The notes under the pieces are model-generated. The model was given only the letters and a program-made list of their open reading frames with translations, did no database searches and was not told the origin of the DNA. This document shows positions 49,345 through 59,490 of a stretch of DNA of 64,000 bases, piece after piece (positions within the stretch are counted from its first letter, which is position 1; every line of letters starts with the position of its first letter). Location of the stretch: positions 21,174 to 85,173 of the forward strand of contig CAYOAN010000007.1 in the NCBI GenBank assembly GCA_964402065.1. The letters are read 5' to 3'. Both the position numbers and the translations under genes were made by a program. This stretch comes from an uncultured Chthoniobacter sp. GTDB taxonomy: Bacteria > Verrucomicrobiota > Verrucomicrobiia > Chthoniobacterales > UBA6821.

Positions 49345-49665
49345 ATGAAAAAAAATATCCTACTCTTACTTCCTTTCACCTTTGCAACATTCTCTGCACT
49401 AGAAGCAGCTTCTTCAGCGCCTAATGTTGCCCCTCATCCTGAAGCCGCTCATCAACAAGAAGTCCATCCAGTTGCCCCCAAAGCCACTGGCCGAGCAAAG
49501 GAAATTGCTAAAGTTGCAGTTGAGCAAAAAGCTTATAAAAAAAATCCACAAGGAGTTGTAGCACTCGAACAGCTGCCACCTCAGGTTAAAATGAATGCCA
49601 AAGTAAAGGCTCAACAACAAGCACAAACTACTGCTCAAATGCTTAAACAACAGGGAGGGAAGTAG
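49345..49665 (+). CDS. Small secreted basic protein
   Basis: Signal MKKNILLLLPFTFATFSALEA; K/A/Q-rich mature part. Confidence 0.65.
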   Translation: MKKNILLLLPFTFATFSALEAASSAPNVAPHPEAAHQQEVHPVAPKATGRAKEIAKVAVEQKAYKKNPQGVVALEQLPPQVKMNAKVKAQQQAQTTAQMLKQQGGK

Positions 49666-49818
49666 AATAGAGAAACAATAAGTTTCTTCATAACTTATTG
49701 AATTTTAGCAGGAACTTTTTAGTTGCAACTACGGCTCCTTCTCTTTTTGCATACTTACCTTGCACAATGAAAGTCGTAATCACAACGTGCTCTATAAAAC
49801 AGCAAGCGCCGTTTTTTT

Positions 49819-50666
49819 CTAACGGCCAAGTAACCTAGAACGTTTTATGTCAATCGGAATGATCATCAAATGACCTTGAGAAGCTTCAAGCATGATATTG
49901 TTGTAAGGTAGCTCAAAATGAGAATGGTTGAAGGGAGCAGTATTTGTCGTATGAAGAACAGGCTCCAGTTGATGGCGAGCAACGCTCTTATATCCCATTT
50001 CTAGAAGATTAATAAGACTCCGTGTTAGCAGTAAGAGAGAGCTCGTTTTGGCATTCAGGATTTTCTTTGAGCCAGCGGAGCATTTGCTGAGCTTGATCCC
50101 ATGTTCTAACATAGGCCTCTTCATGAAAGTGGGCTAACTGAACAAGTTTTGCTGGATCTTTTTCAGGGATGCTTTTGAGGCGTTTCAATTCCTGACAGAT
50201 CTCTTCTCTTCTTTGTAAGTTTTCTGAATGCTCACTCTCATCATCTGCTTGACGCAAACTATTCAATTCTTCCTGAAGCGTTCTCTTCTTTGCTGAAATC
50301 TCAGGGTTGCTGTTAGCAACAGCTTTGATTTGATTCTTAAGACTCTGCTGGATGCGTGCAAAACCGACTGAATAACCATCCATCTCCTTCTGGCCTGGTA
50401 GCGGCCCGCTGCAATCATCAACCTCCTCTTGCTCTTCATGAGGGGATTCCAAGGAAATTTCACCTAATTTAAACATGATTCTGCGTGCAGGATCTTTTTT
50501 CTGCTCTTCTGCCGAAAAGCTTGTTTTTCCTTCTGACCGATCTTCATCACTCGATAAACTCCCTCTGGCAGTACCGATAACAGAATGAGCTACTTTCTCC
50601 AACTCGACAGGGGTGCATCTTGCAGAGCAGAAAAAAAGAGAACCCTAGAAAAATATATTTTTTCAT
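49819..50666 (-). pseudogene. Frameshifted secreted hypothetical protein
   Basis: ATG 50666 (MKKYIFLGFSFF) is out of frame with ORF 50009-50602 by one base at a T7 run (50631-50637); a further segment continues in another frame to 49819. Confidence 0.55.
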
Positions 50667-50945
50667 CCCCCTTAATCTAAAGCAGGTTACTTCATAGAGC
50701 TAGAGCCTTTCGCTGCTAATTAGAAGGAGAAGACGGTCCTTCCCGTTATATTTTTAAAAAAACGTGCTTAATGGATCTTATGCTATCTGAAGTTAGCGTC
50801 AGATCTGAAAACACCGCTCTAAGCAAAAAGAGCAAGTTTATGAGATGCCCTTCTTTTGAACAAGCTCCAGACTATGCTCAGTAGGATAAGAAACGAGCGT
50901 CGCAATAGCACCTTGTTTCTTTTTAACGATCTTCTGCCTTAGGAA

Positions 50946-53900
50946 TTAATTAATTAACTTCTCAAGCGTTGCATCAGGAGGAGCTCCTAGTGAGATTGCT
51001 TTTTTGTAATGGGTTTTTGCCATTTCCTTGGCCGGAGGTTTTCCCGTTGCATAAATAACCGCAAGATTAAAATGAGCATCAGCATAATTAGGATGAATCT
51101 CAATTGATTTCAAGATTTCGCTCTCACCCGCTTTACTCTTGCCTGAAGCCGCTAAGACAATACCAAGATAGTTGTGGGCTGTGAAATCTTGATCATTGAT
51201 TGCCACGGCTTGACGTAACACTTTTTCAGCATCATCAAAACGTTCTTGACGATAATTCACAATGCCAAGAGTCGTGAAAGCAAATGATTTTTTGGGATCT
51301 TCAGCACATGCTTTTTTTAAGGTATTCTCGGCCTCCGACATTTTTCCAAGCTGAAATTCAACAACTCCAAGATTAGAGAGTGTCATGTAATCATTGGGCG
51401 AGGCACTTAAGGCATCTTGAAAACTTTTTTCTGCCTCAGCATAATTTTGATGTTCAAATTGCTCCTTAGCTTTATTGATTGCAGAGCGATACTTTTCCTG
51501 ACTAACAGCGGGCTCTTTTGTACTCTCTTTGCCCTCTTCCTTCTTGAGCTCGGTGGGAACATTTGTTCCAGCCATATTGTTATTGCCAAGCGTTGCAGCA
51601 GCTACTGCATTTGTTTCAAGAGAAGTCACAGGTACATTAGTTGAGGTAGCATGCTTCTCATTTTTGGAAGTTTCAACAGCAACTATTAACTTATCCTCAT
51701 CCTGCTCTGTGTCGGATGAAAGTGGTAGTTTGTCTTTAAAAAGAGCCCTCTCCTCTGGCGTAAGCCTCACAGGTCTTGCTAATTTTCGAAGTTGTTGAGA
51801 AAGCGTATCCGATTTCACTTTCAGCTTTTCTAAATCTTCTACAATGAGCTTGTGAATTTGTTGCCTCTTAGCTTCCGCTTTGAGCTCACGAAGGACAATA
51901 CTTTTTAGCAATTCATTTTCAGCAATGACTTTTTCTTGGCCAGTTTCTGATTGGCCTTTTTTCTGAAGTGCTGCCATCTCTTCATTTTTTTGATCGAGCT
52001 GCTTTTTCAACTCATTATAATGATCATCTTTTGTTTTTATTTCTTGTTGAATACTAGTCAGCTGTTGTTGTGCTACCTGAAGTTCTTTTTGAAATTTTCC
52101 AGCCTCCTCACGAGCCACGGCCAATTCTTTTTCCTTTTCTTGCAAGGAATGATCTCGTTCAGGCCCTGTTTTTTCCAATGCCGCCATCTTTTTTTCTGAA
52201 GTTTCTAACTGCTCCTTAGCAGCCTGTAGTGCTGATTGAGATTGCTGGAGTTTTTTTTGAAGAGCAGCAATCTCTGGCGTTGATTGAGCGTCCAACGATT
52301 TGAGTTTTTCAGTGGTAGCTACCAACTGTTTTTCTAACTCCCCTTTTTTTAACTCCATGCTTTGTCGTTCCATCACAGCAACACGGAATTTTTCCTCCAG
52401 TTCAACTAAGGCTTGCTTCTGAATTGTTGCAGCTTCCATTTCGGCTGTCTGAGCATCTGAAAGTTGTTTTGTATTTTTTTCTAATTCTTGAGTCAAACCC
52501 TTCACCTGTTGTTGCAACATTGTTGTATCAGCCCCAGCTTTTTTTAAAGCAGCAACCTCTGCTGTTGCTTGTTTCAATCGAGCTTCCATCGAAGTGCGAT
52601 TCTCATTCAAAACTTCTTGGTCTGCTTCCGAAGTTGCTAACTTTTTTTGCAAATCATCGATGAGCTTCTTTTGGGAAGCTTCTAACTTTTTATTAGCTTC
52701 TTGGGTATCAGCTAACATTTTTTCCTTAGCAACTCCCTCGGTAGTCAACGCTGCTAACCGTGTTTTCAAAGCATCCATCTCTGCATTCTTCTGCTGCGCT
52801 TCAGCCAAAGATTGATTGGTCTTTTGAAGTTGCTGCTGCAGCCCCATTACTTGACTTTGTAGGCCTTCCAAGTCATGTCCTTTTTTCTCGGCTAAAGCTA
52901 AAGAATCGCTTACCTGCTTCACTTGCTGTGCAAGAGTAGCGCTCTCTGCGTGAGCCTGATCGCGCTCTCGTTGAGCTGTAGTTAACTGTTCGTGCAATGC
53001 TGCAGCGGCATTTTTTTCAGCATTTACTTCAATTTGAAGTTGCTCTAAGCGACTTTTATTATTGATAGCCATCGCTAAAGAATTAGTAGCCTGTTGGAGG
53101 TTCTGCTGTAGATTATTATTTTCTTCCAAGATAACTTCTTTATCAGCTGAAAGAGCTGCTACTTTTCCTTCCAGTTGATCTAACGATTTTTTTAAAACGG
53201 CTTCTCGTTGCAAGTTTCCAACACGATTTTTTTCAAGATCATTTTTTAAATCAACTAACTGTCGTTCGGTTCTTGCTAGTTGCGCCTTTGTTTCTACGAG
53301 AGAAACTTTTGACTGATCGAGCTCGGAAGTTTTATCAAGGATGTCATTATGAGCCTTTTCTAGTTCTGCTTCTGTCCGTTTCAGCTGTTTTTGAAGTTGC
53401 ACTAGTTCTTTACTTGGAGCATTCCTTGTTGCTGGAGGAATGATTGAAAGTGTTGGAATATCACTTGTTCTTTTTGAAGCTGATTGAGAAGCAGGCTCTA
53501 TCCCTTCTGTGTCAGGCGGTACAGAACGTGAAGCAAGAGGCTCTTCTGCTGAGGGCGATTCAAAACTGTAGCGAACGCTTTCTCTATTACTTTCTACATA
53601 ACGTGGCTCTTGACGTCCCCCGTCATCTGAAGAACGAGCCCCTTCGCTGCTCGCCTCTGAAGAAGAAGGGGGAGCAGAACTCTCATTATCATCAAAAGAA
53701 CGCCGACCACCATTGTAAGTGGATGGCGCGGCCGAACCTGATGTAGTATTGATCCGTGCAAGATTATTTCTAATTTTGCTGAGTCGGTACTCAACAATTG
53801 GTTTTTGCCAATTTGGATAGTTGTTACTGATATCAATTAAATGATTTTCAGCATATCGATATTTTGAAACGGCCTCTTCCTTTCGTCCTGCTTGATCAAG

Positions 53901-54017
53901 GCGCTCTGCTTCTTTAAAACTGCGGTAAGCTGCAACAAACTCTTCAGAAGGATCATTAGTGGTTGCCGCCCCTAGTGAGCCAACAAGAAAAAGCAGCAAA
54001 AGAACTCTTAAAAGCAT
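50946..54017 (-). CDS. Secreted long coiled-coil protein with C-terminal TPRs
   Basis: Signal peptide; about 550-aa heptad-rich core; TPRs such as AEKSFQDALSASPNDYMTLSNLGVV and YADAHFNLAVIY. Confidence 0.85.
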   Translation of the reverse strand: MLLRVLLLLFLVGSLGAATTNDPSEEFVAAYRSFKEAERLDQAGRKEEAVSKYRYAENHLIDISNNYPNWQKPIVEYRLSKIRNNLARINTTSGSAAPSTYNGGRRSFDDNESSAPPSSSEASSEGARSSDDGGRQEPRYVESNRESVRYSFESPSAEEPLASRSVPPDTEGIEPASQSASKRTSDIPTLSIIPPATRNAPSKELVQLQKQLKRTEAELEKAHNDILDKTSELDQSKVSLVETKAQLARTERQLVDLKNDLEKNRVGNLQREAVLKKSLDQLEGKVAALSADKEVILEENNNLQQNLQQATNSLAMAINNKSRLEQLQIEVNAEKNAAAALHEQLTTAQRERDQAHAESATLAQQVKQVSDSLALAEKKGHDLEGLQSQVMGLQQQLQKTNQSLAEAQQKNAEMDALKTRLAALTTEGVAKEKMLADTQEANKKLEASQKKLIDDLQKKLATSEADQEVLNENRTSMEARLKQATAEVAALKKAGADTTMLQQQVKGLTQELEKNTKQLSDAQTAEMEAATIQKQALVELEEKFRVAVMERQSMELKKGELEKQLVATTEKLKSLDAQSTPEIAALQKKLQQSQSALQAAKEQLETSEKKMAALEKTGPERDHSLQEKEKELAVAREEAGKFQKELQVAQQQLTSIQQEIKTKDDHYNELKKQLDQKNEEMAALQKKGQSETGQEKVIAENELLKSIVLRELKAEAKRQQIHKLIVEDLEKLKVKSDTLSQQLRKLARPVRLTPEERALFKDKLPLSSDTEQDEDKLIVAVETSKNEKHATSTNVPVTSLETNAVAAATLGNNNMAGTNVPTELKKEEGKESTKEPAVSQEKYRSAINKAKEQFEHQNYAEAEKSFQDALSASPNDYMTLSNLGVVEFQLGKMSEAENTLKKACAEDPKKSFAFTTLGIVNYRQERFDDAEKVLRQAVAINDQDFTAHNYLGIVLAASGKSKAGESEILKSIEIHPNYADAHFNLAVIYATGKPPAKEMAKTHYKKAISLGAPPDATLEKLIN

Positions 54018-54103
54018 TCGCCTACTCTAATCTATCCCATTTTTAAGTGTAAACTCTCTATTTGTGTTTTTTGTTATATTTAAACCCAATATCTCAGTAG
54101 GTC

Positions 54104-54246
54104 CTAGAGCGTTTTAAAAAATATCATAGCCGATGTAGTGCCAGAAATGAGGAGAGCAGAAACGCAGTGTATATCTCATACCCGAGGCTTCAAGCACCGG
54201 AATGACGCCGCCATTACGCGGCTATCGAATTTGTTAATATGCTGTA
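54104..54246 (+). mobile_element. RPE-like palindromic MITE, copy A
   Basis: CTAGAGCGTTTTAAAAA left end; conserved GAAACGCAGTGTATATCTCATAC core; 143 bp. Confidence 0.85.
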
Positions 54247-54370
54247 AGCTCCAACCCTACTCGATCTTGTCCGCACCACGGCGTGCTGTGCCTGACGGCA
54301 AATCACAGTGACATAGCTGACGTAAAAAATTTTTTGGAAAAAGCTTTGTTCGCAAAAAAATATTATTATA

Positions 54371-54385
54371 ATTCCATATCTTGTA
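54371..54385. promoter_or_regulatory. Possible NrdR box
   Basis: ATTCCATATCTTGTA upstream of nrdB partly matches acaCwAtATaTwGtg; single imperfect copy. Confidence 0.3.
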
Positions 54386-54417
54386 TATTTTCTTTAAATC
54401 TTAACCAAATAACTACT

Positions 54418-55479
54418 ATGTCTTGTTGCAATATTTCTGACACTCCCGCTCAAATGCACGATCTTTCCAAGCGGATTAATCCAGAAGAGAAGCGATTGGT
54501 CAATTGTAAGCAAGTTGATGTGAATCAGTTGATGCCTCTTAAATACCAATGGTCATGGGAATACTACTTAAAAGGCTGTGCAAACCATTGGATGCCGAAT
54601 GAAGTCCCTATGCAAAGTGACATTGAGCTTTGGAAGTCCAATCGCCTTACTAAAGAAGAGCGCCATGTCATTATGCGCAACCTTGGTTTTTTTAGCACAG
54701 CTGAAAGCCTTGTCGGCAATAATATCGTCTTAGCAATCTTCAAGCACATCACCAATCCGGAAGCACGACAATATCTGCTTCGTCAGGCTTTCGAAGAAGC
54801 GATTCATACTCATACTTTCCAATACATTGTTGAAAGCCTCTCGCTGGATCAGCGTGAAGTCTTTAACATGTACCACGAAGTCAATTCGATTAATAACAAA
54901 GATCACTTCGAAATGAAGCTCACTGCTGAGATTATGCAAGATGGCTTCTCCACCGAGACGCCAGAAGGCCTGAGAACCTTTCTAAAAAACCTTGTCGGGT
55001 TCTACGTGATCATGGAAGGAATCTTTTTTTATAGCGGTTTTGTCATGCTACTGAGTTTTAAACGCCAAAATAAAATGATCGGAATTGGACAACAATTCGA
55101 ATACATCATGCGAGATGAATCGATTCATTTGAATTTTGGAATTGATCTCATCAATGGCATTCGCGAGGAAAATCCTGGTGTCTGGACGCCTCAGCTCGAA
55201 AAAGAAGTCCGTGATATGATTCTACAGGCTGTAGAATTAGAAGTCGCCTATGCAGAAGACTGCATGCCACGCGGTATCCTTGGTCTCAATGCCGCACTCT
55301 TCCGTGACTATGTACAATACATCGCCGACCGCCGTTTGGATCGACTTAATATGACAGCTCAATTTGGCAGTAAAAATCCCTTCCCTTGGATGAGTGAAGT
55401 TACAGACCTTTCTAAAGAACAAAACTTTTTTGAACGCAAGGTGACTGAATATCAAAAAGCTGCATCGTTGGAATGGTAA
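54418..55479 (+). CDS. nrdB: Ribonucleotide reductase beta subunit, class Ic (R2c) signature
   Basis: [56 protein letters not shown]. Confidence 0.95.
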   Translation: MSCCNISDTPAQMHDLSKRINPEEKRLVNCKQVDVNQLMPLKYQWSWEYYLKGCANHWMPNEVPMQSDIELWKSNRLTKEERHVIMRNLGFFSTAESLVGNNIVLAIFKHITNPEARQYLLRQAFEEAIHTHTFQYIVESLSLDQREVFNMYHEVNSINNKDHFEMKLTAEIMQDGFSTETPEGLRTFLKNLVGFYVIMEGIFFYSGFVMLLSFKRQNKMIGIGQQFEYIMRDESIHLNFGIDLINGIREENPGVWTPQLEKEVRDMILQAVELEVAYAEDCMPRGILGLNAALFRDYVQYIADRRLDRLNMTAQFGSKNPFPWMSEVTDLSKEQNFFERKVTEYQKAASLEW

Positions 55480-55503
55480 TGGGAAGATAAGAAATTCAAG
55501 ATG

Positions 55504-55540
55504 GATGTTAGGGAATATTAGCCCTAACATCGCTTTTTTT
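55504..55540 (+). terminator. Rho-independent terminator of nrdB
   Basis: GATGTTAGGG-N8-CCCTAACATC perfect 10-bp stem followed by GC and T7. Confidence 0.85.
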
Positions 55541-55543
55541 CAT

Positions 55544-55673
55544 CTAGAGCATGTTAACAAATTCTATAGCCGCGTATTGCGCGCTTGAAGCCTCGCGTAT
55601 GAGATATACACTGCGTTTCTGGGCTCTTCGTTCCTGGTACTACATCGGCTATCATATTTTTTAAAACGCTCTA
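55544..55673 (-). mobile_element. RPE-like palindromic MITE, copy D (inverted, internal deletion)
   Basis: Reverse complement of copies A/B/C with a short internal deletion; ends TTTTTTAAAACGCTCTA. Confidence 0.85.
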
Positions 55674-55690
55674 TCTTCTGAAATTTGCCA

Positions 55691-55894
55691 ATGCCCTTGA
55701 CCTCATCTACCATCTCCCATCAGAGCATGCTTTCACCTTATCAAAGCTTCCTTGAAGAGCGTGATGAGATTTTGCGCCACAAATGGCTTGAAAGTGAAAA
55801 AGCAGGCCGTGATATTGGCTTTGAAAAAGCTCTCTTTGATTGGGCTACAAATCACCAAACTCTTTGGAAAGAAACACACAAACTTCATGAATAA
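55691..55894 (+). CDS. Small conserved hypothetical protein (DUF4032-like)
   Basis: FLEERDEILRHKWLESEKAGRDIGFEKALFDW; overlaps the pyrC start. Confidence 0.7.
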   Translation: MPLTSSTISHQSMLSPYQSFLEERDEILRHKWLESEKAGRDIGFEKALFDWATNHQTLWKETHKLHE

Positions 55895-57161
55895 TCTCAC
55901 TATTAAAAACGGCCGTGTTATCGATCCCTCTAATAACATTGATGAAGTTCGGGACCTTTTTGTCATCGCAGGAAAAATTGCTGACAAACCTGCTCCCATA
56001 GCTGACGTTATTGATGCAACAGGCCTCATTGTGGCTCCTGGTTTGATTGATATTCATGTTCACCTTCGCGAACCTGGCCAAGAACATAAAGAGACCATTG
56101 CCACGGGAACACGTGCTGCTGCGGCTGGGGGCTTTACGACTGTTGTTGCCATGCCCAACACGACCCCACCAACCGACACAGCTGAACGCTTGGCATGGGT
56201 TTTAGAACAAGCAAAAAAAACAGGCTTGGTTCACGTTTTATCAACGGGTGCCTTAACCACAAATCTCGCTGGTGAAGAACTTGCTCCCATCGAGGCCTTA
56301 GCTTCAGCAGGAGCGATTGCATTGACCGACGATGGTCACTGTGTTCAAAACCTTAAACTAATGCGCGAAGTGGTTCTTTTAGCAAAAAAAGTTGGCCTGC
56401 CCATCATGGATCATTGCCAAGAAGCCTCGCTTACAAAGGGCAGCATCATGCACGAAGGTGAATGGAGTAACCGCCTGGAGTTAACAGGATGGCCCTCTCT
56501 CGCTGAAGAAATCATCGTTGCGCGAAACATCATGCTTGCTGAAGAGAGCAACCATCCCATTCATTGTCAGCACATCAGCTCTGGAACAAGCGTCCGCCTC
56601 ATTCGTGAAGCGCGGACGCGTGGAGTGCCTATCACCGGAGAAGCCTCCCCTCACCATATCACCTTAACTGATGAAATGCTGAAAGAGGGAGATGCTAACT
56701 TCAAAGTAAATCCTCCTCTCCGCACTCAAGAAGACATTAGCGCAATTATCGATGGAATTGCTGATGGAACCATCACTATTTTAGCAAGCGACCATGCCCC
56801 CCATGCTGCGAATGAAAAACAACTGCCACTCGATCGTGCTCCTTTTGGAATGCTAGGGCTCGAAACAGAACTTGCTGTTTTTTTAACGACATTAGTTCAT
56901 CAGCAACATGTTCTCTCCTTTTCCAAACTCATTGAAATGTTAACAATCAATCCAGCTCGATTACTTGGCATTAACGCTGGAACATTGACACCAGGCTCTT
57001 CTGCAGACATCACCCTCATCGATCCTAGTCTTGAATGGACTTATGATCGAGAAACCTCTGCCTCTCTCTCTCGAAACACCCCATATCACGGACATCACTT
57101 CAAAGGGCGTGCAGTAAGGACGATTGTTGATGGCCAAACCGTTTGGCAATTGAACAGCTAA
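55887..57161 (+). CDS. pyrC: Dihydroorotase
   Basis: PGLIDIHVHLREPG, AGGFTTVVAMPNT, IHCQHIS, KVNPPLR, SDHAPH. Confidence 0.95.
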   Translation: MNNLTIKNGRVIDPSNNIDEVRDLFVIAGKIADKPAPIADVIDATGLIVAPGLIDIHVHLREPGQEHKETIATGTRAAAAGGFTTVVAMPNTTPPTDTAERLAWVLEQAKKTGLVHVLSTGALTTNLAGEELAPIEALASAGAIALTDDGHCVQNLKLMREVVLLAKKVGLPIMDHCQEASLTKGSIMHEGEWSNRLELTGWPSLAEEIIVARNIMLAEESNHPIHCQHISSGTSVRLIREARTRGVPITGEASPHHITLTDEMLKEGDANFKVNPPLRTQEDISAIIDGIADGTITILASDHAPHAANEKQLPLDRAPFGMLGLETELAVFLTTLVHQQHVLSFSKLIEMLTINPARLLGINAGTLTPGSSADITLIDPSLEWTYDRETSASLSRNTPYHGHHFKGRAVRTIVDGQTVWQLNS

Positions 57162-57202
57162 TGTTTTTCTTTCGAGTTTCTTTCAACTATTTATTTTAAT
57201 TT

Positions 57203-58348
57203 ATGTCTTCTTGTTACCAACTTCTAAAAAAAGACCCCACCAGTCGTGCACGAGCTGGCGTTGTGCAAACGCGACGCGGCATCATTGAAACGCCCATTTT
57301 TATGCCCGTTGGAACACAAGCCACTGTTAAAGCGGTCTCTCCCGACGAACTCTATGCACTCGGCGCTCAAATTATTCTTGGCAACACTTACCATCTGCAT
57401 GTACGACCTGGAGAAGAGCTCATTAAGGACCTCGGAGGCCTGCATCATTTCATGCAATGGAATCGTTCGATTCTTACTGACAGTGGTGGGTTCCAAGTTT
57501 TTTCGTTAGCACGCCTTCGAAAGATCACGGAAGAGGGCGTCCATTTTCAAAACCATCTAGATGGAACACCAACCTTCATTAGCCCAGAAGTTTCGATGAA
57601 AATTCAGCACCATCTTGGTTCTGATATTGTCATGGCTTTTGATGAATGCCCTCCCTACCCCTGCTCTCATGAAGCCATGAAGACAAGCTTGGAAAGAACG
57701 TTACGCTGGGCTAAACGATGCAAAGAATATTGGAATTGCCAATCAGAATTTCCTAATCAGGATAGACCGCCTCTCGTTTTTGGGATTGTCCAAGGCGGAT
57801 CACATGATGACTTGAGAAAAGTGTCAGCAGAAGCATTGGTAAACATTGGCTTTGATGGTTACGCGGTTGGTGGCGTTAGCGTAGGCGAGCCTGAACCTGA
57901 AATGATGCAAGCCATTGATGCCTCCGTCCCTTATCTTCCAGAAGATGCTCCGCGTTATGCCATGGGCTTGGGAACACCTCCACAAATGGTTGAAATGGTT
58001 GCTCGCGGCATTGACATGTTTGATTGCGTCTTGCCAACACGCCTGGCGCGCAATGGCACCGCCTTTACGAAACAGGGTACGCTCAACTTGAAAAATGCTC
58101 CTTACGCGCGTGACACCGCTCCAATTGAAGAGGGATGCACTTGTCCAGCCTGCCAGAAATTCACCCGCGCTTACCTGCGCCACCTTGTGAAAGCCGAAGA
58201 AATTTTTGGGCTCCGCTTGATCTCACTCCACAATTTACATTTTTATCTCAACCTCATGCGTCAAACGCGCGAGGCAATCTTGGAAGGAAGATTTGAACAA
58301 TTTCGAAGAGAATTTGTCAGCGGTTACGTTACTCATCAGAGCCAATAA
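57203..58348 (+). CDS. tgt: tRNA-guanine transglycosylase
   Basis: TPIFMPVGT, ILGNTYHL, LTDSGGFQVFSL, GIVQGG, GIDMFDCVLPTR, CTCPAC...HNL Zn site. Confidence 0.98.
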   Translation: MSSCYQLLKKDPTSRARAGVVQTRRGIIETPIFMPVGTQATVKAVSPDELYALGAQIILGNTYHLHVRPGEELIKDLGGLHHFMQWNRSILTDSGGFQVFSLARLRKITEEGVHFQNHLDGTPTFISPEVSMKIQHHLGSDIVMAFDECPPYPCSHEAMKTSLERTLRWAKRCKEYWNCQSEFPNQDRPPLVFGIVQGGSHDDLRKVSAEALVNIGFDGYAVGGVSVGEPEPEMMQAIDASVPYLPEDAPRYAMGLGTPPQMVEMVARGIDMFDCVLPTRLARNGTAFTKQGTLNLKNAPYARDTAPIEEGCTCPACQKFTRAYLRHLVKAEEIFGLRLISLHNLHFYLNLMRQTREAILEGRFEQFRREFVSGYVTHQSQ

Positions 58349-58362
58349 AAATCTTTTTACAA

Positions 58363-58533
58363 CTAGAGCGTCTTAAAAGCCGATGACGTACTAGAGCGTT
58401 TTAAAAAATATGATAGCCGATGTAGTGCCAGGAACGAGGCGCATAGAAACGCAGTGTATATCTCATACTCGAGGCTTCAAGCACCGGAGTGACGCCGCCA
58501 TTACGCGGCTATAGAATTTTTTAAAATGCTCAG
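58363..58533 (+). mobile_element. RPE-like palindromic MITE, copy B (58391-58533), preceded by a truncated left-end duplicate (58363-58385)
   Basis: CTAGAGCGTTTTAAAAAA ... TTTTTTAAAATGCTCAG termini; upstream CTAGAGCGTCTTAAAAGCCGATG stub. Confidence 0.88.
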
Positions 58534-58564
58534 AGCTACTCTTGGATGAGCATCCAATATCATA

Positions 58565-58606
58565 GACTGGCACCAAAATACGCAATATCAGGGACTGACC
58601 CCTATT
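58565..58606. repeat. 42-bp REP-like element, copy 2
   Basis: Identical to 10940-10981; abuts the stop codon of 58605-59435. Confidence 0.9.
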
Positions 58607-59435
58607 ACCACCAGCTCTTATTCTGTTGTGCTAACTTCTCTTTAAGTTGCTTTGCTCCGGCTGCCCAATCACTTGCAGCGTTTTTTAATTGCTCTGTTTG
58701 TTGAGCGGTTGCTGTAAGTTTTTTCCCTCGTTGTTGTAAATTTTGGTTTGTTTGATTGAGGGATTCTTTCGTTGTCGCAGAAGGTGTTTTTTGGCCCACA
58801 AACAAAGATTCTCTTCCAATATCAGAATTCCGATTAGGACTTTGAGTTTTCTCTCTATCCACACCGCCTGTCGTATTCCCAATCATGCTTCTCATGAAAC
58901 CAGTAACGCCTCCATTATCTTGGTAGTCCTTATTTGCATTAAGTGCAGTTTCGTTATTGGTATTTACTGCATCCAACTCATTACCTAGAGCTGTGTTTGT
59001 TTTATTTTGTGGTGCGTTGGGGCTAGTAGAAAATTCACTATACGTTTTACGAGCACTTTGAACTTTATCAGCCCCATTGTTTGGCAAAGAAGCGTTTCTA
59101 ACATTTTGTTGAAACTGAGTTGTATTAGCATTTGCTTGATTATTTGCTCTATCAGCCCAACTTATTTTGGCACCTGACAGAGAAGTTTTAGATTCCTTAG
59201 AAGAATTGCTAAAGAGCCCACTAAAAAAATCGCTGATTGACTGAGTCCACGTTTTCTTTTGAGCAGATTGTTGCTGGCTGGCCTCTTTGGAAGAAAATGA
59301 AAAAAGAGCAAAGAAACTACCCAACAGACCGCTAGCTTTTGAAGGTGTTTCAGTTGACCTTGGGGAATTATTGCTTATGTCAGTTAGACGAACAGATTCA
59401 AGCTCTGATGGTTGATAGTTGGTATTTACGTTCAT
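58605..59435 (-). CDS. Putative type III-secreted effector with a C-terminal R-SNARE (tomosyn/VAMP-like) motif
   Basis: S/T/N-rich N-terminus with no Sec signal; C-terminal LQQRGKKL..TAQQTEQLKNAASDWAAGAKQLKEK...WW; cognate chaperone gene adjacent. Confidence 0.75.
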   Translation of the reverse strand: MNVNTNYQPSELESVRLTDISNNSPRSTETPSKASGLLGSFFALFSFSSKEASQQQSAQKKTWTQSISDFFSGLFSNSSKESKTSLSGAKISWADRANNQANANTTQFQQNVRNASLPNNGADKVQSARKTYSEFSTSPNAPQNKTNTALGNELDAVNTNNETALNANKDYQDNGGVTGFMRSMIGNTTGGVDREKTQSPNRNSDIGRESLFVGQKTPSATTKESLNQTNQNLQQRGKKLTATAQQTEQLKNAASDWAAGAKQLKEKLAQQNKSWW

Positions 59436-59490
59436 ACTCCTAAATTAAAAAAGTCCTAGCCTTAAAAAATGATATTTTTACTGTTGTTTT

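Noticed and set aside
50946-54017. SMC-like or SNARE-like function for the long coiled-coil TPR protein
   Set aside because: No Walker motifs or SNARE zero-layer pattern; it has a Sec signal and looks like an envelope scaffold
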